36,236 bases of DNA, taken from contig CAXKVF010000062.1 in the NCBI GenBank assembly GCA_964057225.1, forward strand, positions 1 to 36,236, in the 5' to 3' direction. Of the stretch, positions 1 through 9,580 are shown in pieces. Numbering within the stretch: the first letter of the stretch is position 1; each line of letters starts with the position of its first letter. The position numbers were made by a program, and so were the translations under genes. Under the pieces are notes generated by a model that saw only the letters and a program-made list of their open reading frames with translations, was not told where the DNA came from and did not search any database. Origin of the DNA: Auanema rhodensis (taxonomy: Eukaryota; Animalia; Nematoda).

Positions 1-1625
1 TCTGTGAAAAAGGAAATCGATCGGTGAATCGCGAATGAAAATGTATCAAATTTGATACAGGGTAAAACTTTTAAGTTTTAATCTCTCCATCGACTCCCGA
101 TTTCTGAGGGGGTTCCGATTATGCTGTTTAAATCAGTTTAGCATTTCTGGATGTATTTCAACGAGTTAGAACGATTAAACATGTTTGCAGAGTGATCGGA
201 TGAGGTTGAAATGAGTTATGAGAAAAAACAGTGATATTTGAAAAAGTAGGTAAGGGGGGACCCTTATGTGAAAAAATGTTCGGAAAAAAAAGTTGTTTTT
301 GTTTTTGTTTTCTTTTCTTTTTCAAAGATTTAGAGTTTTTATAAAAAGAATTCCCCTTTCTACAGTAGCATGCAAATTTTCATGAAAAAAAATAGAGTGG
401 ATCAAAAGTTACATTAGGGTCCCGTATACGGGACGTTTTCATATGTGTAAAAAACGGTCCAGTTTTAACACACTGGTTTTTCAGTCCATTATAAGGTAAA
501 ACGCTGCTTTTTAAACCTTCGTAGCGTAATGAAAAATGATGATTTCTTGAATGTTAAAGTTTTCATTCATAGTTCTCAATAGTATCTACGTACTTATGAA
601 GAAAAAATAGAAAAATAATTCTCCGGAAGTAAGTTTCATTGAGCGTCCCGTATAAGGGACATTATGGTAAAAATTATAAGGGGGTTAAAACATATCATTG
701 TTAACCAAAACGTCTGAAACTAAAATTTTCTATTACAATGAATATGTAGTTCTATCATGCATATGCATGTTATAAAGACTTTTTAGACGTATTTCAACGA
801 GTTAGAACGAGATTAAACCGAGTTATAAGGAAAAACAGTGGTATTTGAAAAAATAGGTAAGGGTGAAAAAATGTTCGAAAAAAATGTTCCAATCGCCGTA
901 AATATGTGATATTCGTGTGTAGCATGTTAAAACTATAAAAAACGTAGTTTGAGATGATTCCAACATGATGGTCCTTTTTACTGAGTCATACTAGGTCTAA
1001 TAGATCAAAGTGGTGGGGGTAGTGCTGGAGGGCGCCAAATTAGTGCTATTTGATTTCTAGACGTAAAATGACGATTTAGAACCATTAAACTGGTTCTTAA
1101 GGTGATTGGGTAACATCTGACAGAGTTGTAGCTAATCTAGCTGTCAAAAGGGTGTTTAGTTGATAACTTCTCCTTATGAGTGACCACTAAGATATTAAAG
1201 TAACCAATTGTCATAAAAGTAACTTTTGAATGTTCTGTAGGAGTGAAGCATGTGCATAATCGGGGGCTAGCCGCCCCCGCACCCCCGCTACTTTTTCATT
1301 TTGGGGGGTTGACCGCCCTCCTCGTTATACACATTTCTCTACCACTAATTCTGAAATCTACATCTCGAATCGAGATTTTTTATTTAGATGATTGTATTGA
1401 GCGGGTATGTACGCAAAACTGTAGACTAGAAACATTTTTAATTTTTTTAATTTTTTTAATGTTCTGAAGGAGTGAAGAATAAACAGAATCGGGGGCTAGC
1501 CGCCCCCGCACCCCCGCACTTTTTTTTCTATTATAAAACAAAGTTTAAAAAACAAGTTTCATAATAGACAGAATTAGTTACAAAGTTTCAATCAATTTAT
1601 TGATGTTGTTAAAATTATACATATA

Positions 1626-3484
1626 TCACGAATTATAATAATTGTCTTTAAGTAATTTGATTTTTTTTGTATCACAGTTTATATAATATGCTGTGAGATT
1701 GCTTCTGTGCTTCCCCGTATCTACTAGGGCATAATTGATATCCTCCTGGTTCTTGAATATAATGATGGACGAATTTAGAATGCTGCCGAAAATTCCCATA
1801 ATCAACTGAAATTTATTATATTCATGAATGTATTCGATGTAATGTATTTTACCTTCTTGTTGTTCACGGTTATTTCTATCTTTGGTCAGTGCTTTAACTA
1901 TGTCGTATACGTTCGCCTGTGTGAGTCTTTCTCCTTTTTTTCTTATTGATCAGGTCTTTAATTTTGTTGAGTTTCTTCTTGTAGTTTGAAGTTGTGCTCA
2001 ATTTATTAAATATGTTGACCAGATCGTTCTGACTCTGAAATATATCTCAATCAGTTGTTTTATATTATTTATGATTACCTTTAGTTCTGATTTAATGTAA
2101 CTTATTTCGTTCTCGAAAATGTATTGAGTTACACTTTTCCAATCCATTTCTATTCCGTTAAAATAATTCGATATTTTAAAGAAATTAGATAATTTATGAG
2201 CAGTATCTCGTTTACTCATGTCGTGGTATAGAAAACCTTTGCATGCCTGGCAATGACAACGACCTAATAAATAAAATAACAGTTGAATGTTGTATTATGT
2301 GTTGCAAACCTCGGCAAATCTGACAATGACATAGATAGAAATATGCCATGTTATCGTCTTTCATGTCATTTTTCTCTGCATATTTCCAAAAAATTTCCTG
2401 TACTTCTTCAATATCTTTGTCTGCTTTTAGCGCATTTTTCTAAATTATATTAATGTTTGTCTTTTGGTAATGTTATTCCGAACCTTTATTTTATTCCATC
2501 AATTTTATAGTAGCGTCATAGTGTTTGTAACTATGATTGTTCAGGGGACCTCCAAACTTATGTTTGTTGATAGCATTGGATTCTTAAAATAGAAATGTTC
2601 AAATACAAGCATGAAATGAAAACCTGTTGAGGAGGTGAATTTCGAAGAGACATGTCCGAATAACGTTTTTCCTCCTTTAACATATACTTTGTAGTAATCT
2701 GCTATACCATTTGGGTCATGTATACCGTTCTTATCAAATCTAGGATTCAAATTGATACAATCGGTTGTTTCATCAAGAGGCGTGAACATTATTCCAGCGC
2801 TAAATGTTTTGAGTTGTTGAAAAAGACTTTTCTAGAACTTACTTCTCCATTTTATGAACTAATTTTTTCAGTTTTTTATTGTTCATTCCGTTTGTCAGAT
2901 TCAAAAATTCTGACTTTTGGAAAAAACGGTTGCTCCAGAATTTCTCTTTTAATTCTTTTGTTTTCTCCGCAAGTTCCTTGATAATTAACAATAAAAAATA
3001 ACAAAGAAACTTACTAAATGCCTGCTAATGTTGGAATCATATTTCCAACAAATTGGGCAAATGTCGCCTCGTCCTGCACTTGTTTGTGGAACAAACTTGA
3101 TGGGGTCATGTGCTAGACCGAATCCGAACAAATCTGAAAACGTTATGTTTAATTTTTTTTTAATTTTGACTTACTGTTTTGAATGCTTGTCATTCTACTG
3201 CCTCGCATTTTTGATCGTTCGAGGTCGATGAAACATCCAATTCCGAGTCCTCCAATCTCTTATTTAAACTAACGCCTTTAGGGAAAGAATTATATAATTC
3301 TTTTTGAACGGCAGGATCAGGATGTTTGCGAACATCTGCATAAAAAAAAATGTTTTTTGGTGAAATTTTGCAAACCCACAAGATGTTTTATTTATTTCGT
3401 TTTTGATCCTTTTATTCAAAATATGCTGCTTACGAAAACGCTCGAGACGTTCAGAATCAAAGTTTTGCCTCATTAGTCGGAGAA
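1626..3484 (-). pseudogene. Multi-exon Cys/His-rich protein gene of unknown family, disabled (about 490 codons; 5' end not defined)
   Basis: Exons 3484-3380, 3335-3175, 3133-3015, 2976-2843, 2799-2624, 2582-2484, 2439-2310, 2263-2079, 2034-1853, 1805-1626, separated by nine GT..AG introns of 38-47 nt with mostly consistent phases. Motifs CPICWKYDSNISRHL and CHCQICRGRCHCQACKG. AATAAA at 1601-1596. Lesions: in-frame TGA 3192-3190, TAA with +1 shift 2493-2491, extra A in run 1941-1935. Confidence 0.8.
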
Positions 3485-3581
3485 CTGAAAAAGAAAATTG
3501 AATAAATAATAAGAAGTTGATTAATAAAACAGAGATTAAAAGCAATAATGAATAACACTGTTATTTTCATTCTCGTTAACT

Positions 3582-3593
3582 TTTCCCGCCAAA
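3582..3593. promoter_or_regulatory. E2F/DP-like site TTTCCCGCCAAA upstream of the spliced gene
   Basis: Matches the E2F consensus, in AT-rich DNA about 100 bp 5' of the first recognisable exon. Single motif only. Confidence 0.3.
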
Positions 3594-3697
3594 TTCGGAT
3601 CGTTTCCTGTTTTTCTGTAAACATGATGTTTTTATATTAATTCACTTGTAAACATGTTTACTAATTATACTAATTCAGTGAAAAGTGCTTTATCCCT

Positions 3698-6395
3698 GAC
3701 CATTTTGTATGTAGTTTAATCAGATTCTTATGACAATTATTCGTATTTTGAAAGTTTTATTTTCAATACAAGCACTTTTTATACCATTTTGTTTGTAGTT
3801 TGATCAGATTCTCATGACAATGATTCGTATTTTGAAAGTTTTACTTGCAATACAAGCACTTTTTATATTGTTTTGTATGTAGTTTGATCAGATTCTCATG
3901 ACAATGATTCATAATTTGAGTTTATTTATTGACTAAGCTTCAACTATTGGGCAAAGCATCCATCTCTTATGCAGCGGGAGTGCCCAATCCCAGATCCGGG
4001 GGGTCTGGGGGGGTATCCCCCCCAGGTATAGAAAGTATTACTATCAATACAAGCACTTTTTATACCATTTTGTATGTAGTTTGATCAGATTCTCATGATA
4101 ATGATTCGTATTTTGAAAGTTTTACTTTCAATACAAGCACTTTTTATATTGTTTTGTATGTAGTTTGATCAGATTCTCAAGACAATGATTCATAATTTGA
4201 GTTTATTCATTGACTAAGCTTCAACTATTGGGCAAAGCATCCATCTCTTATGCAGCGGGAGTGCCCAATCCCAGATCCGGGGGGTCTGGGGGGGTATCCT
4301 TCCCAGGTATAGAAAGTATTACTATCAATAGAAGCACTTTTTATACCATTTTGTATGTAGTTTGATCAGATTCTCATGATAATGATTCGTATTTTGAAAG
4401 TTTTACTTTCAATACAAGCACTTTTTATATTGTTTTGTATGTAGTTTGATCAGATTCTCATGACAATGATTCATAATTTGAGTTTATTTATTGACTAAGC
4501 TTCAACTATTGGGCAAAGCATCCATCTCTGATGCAGCGGGAGTGCCCAATCCCAGATCCGGGGGGTCTGGGGGGGTATCCCCCCCAGGTATAGAAAGTAT
4601 TACTATCGATACAAGCACTTTTTATATCATTTTGTATGTAGTTTGATCAGATTCTCATGACAATGATTCGTATTTTGAAAGTTTTACTTGCAATACAAGC
4701 ACTTTTTATATTGTTTTGTATGTAGTTTGATCAGATTCTCATGACAATGATTCATAATTTGAGTTTATTTATTGACTAAGCTTCAACTATTGGGCAAAGC
4801 ATCCATCTCTTATGCAGCGGGAGTGCCCCAATCCCAGATCCGGGGGGTCTGGGGGGGTATCCCCCCCAGGTATAGAAAGTATTACTATCAATACAAGCAC
4901 TTTTTATACCATTTTGTATGTAGTTTGATCAGATTCTCATGATAATGATTCGTATTTTGAAAGTTTTACTTTCAATACAAGCACTTTTTATATTGTTTTG
5001 TATGTAGTTTGATCAGATTCTCAAGACAATGATTCATAATTTGAGTTTATTCATTGACTAAGCTTCAACTATTGGGCAAAGCATCCATCTCTTATGCAGC
5101 GGGAGTGCCCAATCCCAGATCCGGGGGGTCTGGGGGGGTATCCTTCCCAGGTATAGAAAGTATTACTATCAATAGAAGCACTTTTTATACCATTTTGTTT
5201 GTAGTTTGATCAGATTCTCATGATAATGATTCGTATTTTGAAAGTTTTACTTTCAATACAAGCACTTTTTATATTGTTTTGTATGTAGTTTGATCAGATT
5301 CTCATGACAATGATTCATAATTTGAGTTTATTTATTGACTAAGCTTCAACTATTGGGCAAAGCATCCATCTCTTATGCAGCGGGAGTGCCCAATCCCAGA
5401 TCCGGGGGGTCTGGGGGGGTATCCCCCCCAGGTATAGAAAGTATTACTATCAATACAAGCACTTTTTATACCATTTTGTATGTAGTTTGATCAGATTCTC
5501 ATGATAATGATTCGTATTTTGAAAGTTTTACTTTCAATACAAGCACTTTTTATATTGTTTTGTATGTAGTTTGATCAGATTCTCATGACAATGATTCATA
5601 ATTTGAGTTTATTTATTGACTAAGCTTCAACTATTGGGCAAAGCATCCATCTCTTATGCAGCGGGAGTGCCAATCCCAGATCCGGGGGGTCTGGGGGGGT
5701 ATCCCCCCCAGGTATAGAAAGTATTACTATCAATACAAGCACTTTTTATACCATTTTGTATGTAGTTTGATCAGATTCTCATGATAATGATTCGTATTTT
5801 GAAAGTTTTACTTTCAATACAAGCACTTTTTATATTGTTTTGTATGTAGTTTGATCAGATTCTCAAGACAATGATTCATAATTTGAGTTTATTCATTGAC
5901 TAAGCTTCAACTATTGGGCAAAAGCATCCATCTCTTATGCAGCGGGAGTGCCCAATCACAGATCCGGGGGGTCTGGGGGGGTATCCCCCCCAGGTATAGA
6001 AAGTATTACTATCAATAGAAGCACTTTTTATACCATTTTGTATGTAGTTTGATCAGATTCTCATGATAATGATTCGTATTTTGAAAGGTTTTACTTTCAA
6101 TACAAGCACTTTTTATATTGTTTTGTATGTAGTTTGATCAGATTCTCATGACAATGATTCATAATTTGAGTTTATTTATTGACTAAGCTTCAACTATTGG
6201 GCAAAGCATCCATCTCTGATGCAGCGGGAGTGCCCAATCCCAGATCCGGGGGGTCTGGGGGGGTATCCCCCCCAGGTATAGAAAGTATTACTATCAATAC
6301 AAGCACTTTTTATATCATTTTGTACGTAGTTTGATCAGATTCTCATGATAATGATTCGTATTTTGAATTTATATTTTGATTCAGGGGGTCTGGGG
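3698..6395. repeat. 281-bp satellite, 9 units (two ~84-bp AT-rich subrepeats plus a GC hairpin block), with 843-bp trimer higher-order repeat
   Basis: GCAGCGGGAG at 3971, 4252, 4533, 4814, 5096, 5377, 5658, 5939, 6221. Variant TCTCAAGAC in units 2, 5 and 8. Confidence 0.97.
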
Positions 6396-6478
6396 AGAAT
6401 TCTGACGGTCAAAAAGAAGCAAAAATAAACACTTTAGAAAAAATTATGTGACCGTATAAGACCAACTAAATATATATG

Positions 6479-6813
6479 GATATTTTTTAATACCAACATA
6501 GGTTTTAATCAATACCGGAACTGGTATTAATAAATACCCAATAGTTTTATTCATGAATAAAGTGTGGTATTTTTCAATACCCTAAACGGTATTTATAAAT
6601 ACCAAGAAAGGTATTGATTAATACCTATAAGTTTTCGATGCAAATGTTAATACTTTCAACTGTAGAATGATGACAAATGATAGAATAGTGTGTTTTAACA
6701 CTACTTTGATAAAATTTAAACCAAAAATAATGAAAAGAACACTAAAATTAAAAGGTATTTTTTAATACCTTCGAGGGTGTTTATCAATACCGTCAAAGGT
6801 ATTGAATAATATC
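6479..6813. repeat. Phased array of 16-bp palindromes GGTATT-N4-AATACC (9 copies, 22-bp spacing, three triplets)
   Basis: Copies start at 6479, 6501, 6523, 6566, 6588, 6610, 6754, 6776, 6798 (0-1 mismatch each). Confidence 0.9.
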
Positions 6814-6946
6814 CATTAGTTGCAGCATTAAATTCAAACGTAACTTCCGTTTCAAGCTTCCGGAAGCTCTAAAAAAAATCTGGTAGCCTTACAAGGGCAT
6901 TACAAAGCTTTTCCCTCAATATTAGGAAAATTTCATTTTTTTTGTA

Positions 6947-6964
6947 AGACAGGTTAGTTTTACC
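6947..6964 (+). repeat. 18-bp direct repeat (right junction, copy 0)
   Basis: AGACAGGTTAGTTTTACC, identical at 14998-15015, 24618-24635 and 32669-32686. Confidence 0.97.
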
Positions 6965-7378
6965 CTACTGTAGACTTGATTGTTGCGATAGTAATCCACC
7001 TCAGTACGAGAGGAACAGGTGGTTCTAACATTTGGTTCATGGACTTGGTCGAAAGGCCAATGGTCCGAAGCTACCATTAGTAGGATTATGACTGAACGCC
7101 TCTAAATCAGAATCCTACCTAATAATGGTTACGATAACGTTGCTTCTTGGTGTCGGAAGGCAACTATATCTCGTGTTCACACGAGAGCTTATGCCCTAGT
7201 ATATAACATATCCGTGAAAGGGAATCTTTCATGGTTGTTAAAGCCAGAAAACTCTGGTCAACGTCAGGGCGCTAAATCTCTTGTATACGACTTGAGAACT
7301 GGTCAAGGTGTTGTATCCAGTAGAGCAGTCTTTATATACTGCGATCTGTTGAGACTATCCTTTGATTGGATGTTTTGT
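6947..7378 (+). rRNA. 28S rRNA 3' segment (3' strand of H73 and domain VI, including the sarcin-ricin loop)
   Basis: GGTTAGTTTTACCCTACTG; SRL AGTACGAGAGGAAC at 7003-7016; GACTGAACGCCTCTAA; terminal CGATCTGTTGAGACT...TTTGT. Confidence 0.96.
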
Positions 7379-7388
7379 TTTATACCTG

Positions 7389-7527
7389 AAAGTATACCTT
7401 ATTCTTTTTTCAAATAACGTTTTATTGATTGTATATAGCGCTAGCAATATTGATACCTTATTAAAAAAAAAGGTATACTTTATTTGTAAGAAAAGGTATA
7501 CTTTATTTGTAAGAAAAAGTATACTTT
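7389..7527. terminator. Candidate Pol I terminator / fork-barrier sites: four AARGTATACYTT palindromes, three in a 23-bp tandem repeat
   Basis: AAAGTATACCTT 7389-7400; AAGGTATACTTT at about 7470 and 7493; perfect AAAGTATACTTT 7516-7527, directly after the 28S end. Function is inferred from position only. Confidence 0.4.
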
Positions 7528-7631
7528 ATTGGAATATTGGGACCATTTTCAAAAAAAAGCGCATATAAATGGTCACCCGAGAAATTTTATTAAAAAAATC
7601 AAAAATTTTGATAAAAATGGCAAATTTTACT

Positions 7632-7677
7632 TGATTGATTCTGTCAGCGCTGTAGCTTTCCTCAAGGATTAAGCCAT
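7632..7677 (+). pseudogene. Sense fragment of the 18S 5' end (variant type) in the spacer
   Basis: TGATTGATTCTGTCAGCGCTGTA-GCTTTCCTCAAGGATTAAGCCAT versus 18S at 9585-9631. Confidence 0.9.
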
Positions 7678-7862
7678 ATCGGGAAATTTTTCAAAACATA
7701 TTTCATATATAGTGTAAAATATGTAAAAAGAGTCAGAAAATAGAATAAGACTACTCTGAAAAATAGTTTTGAAAAAAAAAATTTGCATATTTTTTCAAAA
7801 ATTTCCATAATTTTTGACTAGAAAAAATTTTTGGTGGGTTGGCGGTTAGGCTAAAAAAGTTC

Positions 7863-8761
7863 AACTTTCTACATGCATGGCTTAATCTTTTACTTGAGCA
7901 TACAGCGCTGACAGAATCAATCAAGTACGTGAAAAAAAAATTTTGTGGTCGGTGAGCGGTTGGCATGGCTTAATCCTTGACGAAAGCTACAGCGCTGACA
8001 GAATCAATCGAGTAAAAAAAAAAAATTTTGTTTCTCAATTCAAATGTTTAAACTCTTTAAAAAGGTGTAAAAAATGTTTTGAGAGTATCGTGAAAACAAG
8101 TTTGAAAAAAAATTTTTTTTGGACTTGGAAATTTTTTTTGGTCTCTGAGCCATTCGCATGGCTTAATCCTTGACGAAAGCTACAGCGCTGACAGAATCAA
8201 TCGAGTAAAAAAAAAAAATTTTGTTTCTCAATTCAAATGTTTAAACTCTTTAAAAATGTGTAAAAAATGTTTTGAGAGTATCGTGAAAACAAGTTGGAAA
8301 AAAAATTTTTTTGAACTTGAAAATTTTTTTTGACTTGGAAATTTTTTTGGGACTTGGAAATTTTTTTTTGGACTTGGAATTTTTTTTGGATTTAGAAATT
8401 TTTTTTGGACTTGGAAATTTTTTTGGTCTCTGAGCTGTGAGCCTTTCGCAATTTCTCAAAAATGATGAACTTTATACATGCATGGCTTAATCTTTTACTT
8501 GAGCATACAGCGCTGACAGAATCAATCAAGTAAAAAAAAAAAAATTTTGTTTCTCAATTCAGATGTTAAAACTCTTTAAAATGTGTAAAAAATGTTTTGA
8601 GAGTATCGTGAAAACATGTTGGAAAAAAAATTTTTTTTGGACTTTGAAATTTTTTTTGGTCTCTGAGCTGTGAGAATATCGCAGTTTCTCAAAAATGATG
8701 AACTTTATACATGCATGGCTTAATCTTTTACTTGAGCATACAGCGCTGACAGAATCAATCA
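7863..8761 (-). repeat. Five inverted (antisense) copies of the 18S 5' end embedded in ~190-320-bp spacer repeats
   Basis: 7863-7923, 7963-8009, 8156-8202, 8438-8528 and 8679-8761 are reverse complements of the first ~50-95 nt of 18S. 7963 and 8156 are the variant type. Confidence 0.95.
8300..8425. repeat. ~20-bp tandem repeat (TTTTTTGGACTTGGAAATT), about 6 copies
   Basis: Directly visible; expanded within one spacer repeat unit. Confidence 0.85.
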
Positions 8762-8835
8762 AGTAAATGAGAGAGAGAGAAACGAAATTTTGATACCATA
8801 TGTCTTCGGGAAGTATTTCTGAATAAAAATTTTTT

Positions 8836-9295
8836 TTTCGCAATTTTGCAGGGAGAAAAATTTTTTAGTGAATTTTTACAAGGGAAAAAATTTTTTTTTG
8901 AATTTTTACAGGGAAAAATTTTTTTTTGTGTATTTTTGCAGGAAAAAATTTTTTTCGTGTATTTTTGCAGGAAAAAATTTTTTTCGTGTATTTTTGCAGG
9001 AAAAGTAGTTTCTTCGTGTATTTTTGCAGGAAAACTTTTTTTTCGTGTATTTATACATGAAAACTTTTTCTTTGTGTATTTTTGCAGGATTAATTTTTTT
9101 TCGTGTATTTTTGCAGGAAATGTAGTTTCTTCGTGTCTTTTTGCAAGAAAAATTTTTTTCGTGTATTTATACATGAAAAGTTTTTCTTTGTGTATTTTTG
9201 CAGGAAAAGTAGTTTCTTCGTGTATTTTTGCAGGAAAAGTAGTTTCTTCGTGTATTTTTGCAGGAAAAGTAATTTACATAGTATTTTTACTGGAA
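8836..9295. repeat. ~30-bp IGS subrepeats (GTGTATTTTTGCAGGAAAAGTAGTTTCTTC), about 15 copies; possible Pol I enhancer repeats
   Basis: Directly visible tandem array ending about 290 bp upstream of 18S. Confidence 0.9.
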
Positions 9296-9580
9296 TGTTT
9301 CATCAGAATATAAACATTATGAAATAATATCTGAAGATTGTTACACTATTCACCGAAACGATTTCACAATCGTAAGGTAGCAGGAGAAAATTTTTACAAT
9401 AATTTTCGTTATCTGCAATTTTACTTGTTCACATTGAAAAATGTGAATATTTTCTATATTGTGTCGTTTCTGTGTGATTTTTCAACTTCCTAATTTTTTT
9501 TGGTGAATTGTGAAAAAAAAAATTATTCTACTTCTCGATATTTATATTGTTTAGTAAGAAATAATGGATTCTCTATTGCG

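Larger units (their letters stand above)
1..6946. mobile_element. Right part of the 28S insertion element (copy 0, truncated by window start)
   Basis: Near-identical to 17674-24617; abuts the 18-bp direct repeat at 6947-6964 where 28S resumes. Confidence 0.8.

Noticed and set aside
3698-6395. CRISPR array or hammerhead-ribozyme satellite
   Set aside because: No unique spacers and a eukaryotic context. The closest core is CTGATGC in only two units, not CTGANGA with a correctly placed GAAA.
7846-7851. TTAGGC nematode telomere hexamer
   Set aside because: Isolated copy, expected by chance; no telomeric array in the window.
7751-9327. Lys/Phe-rich ORFs in the spacer
   Set aside because: Translations of 20- and 30-bp A/T-tract repeats; frames differ between the two unit copies.
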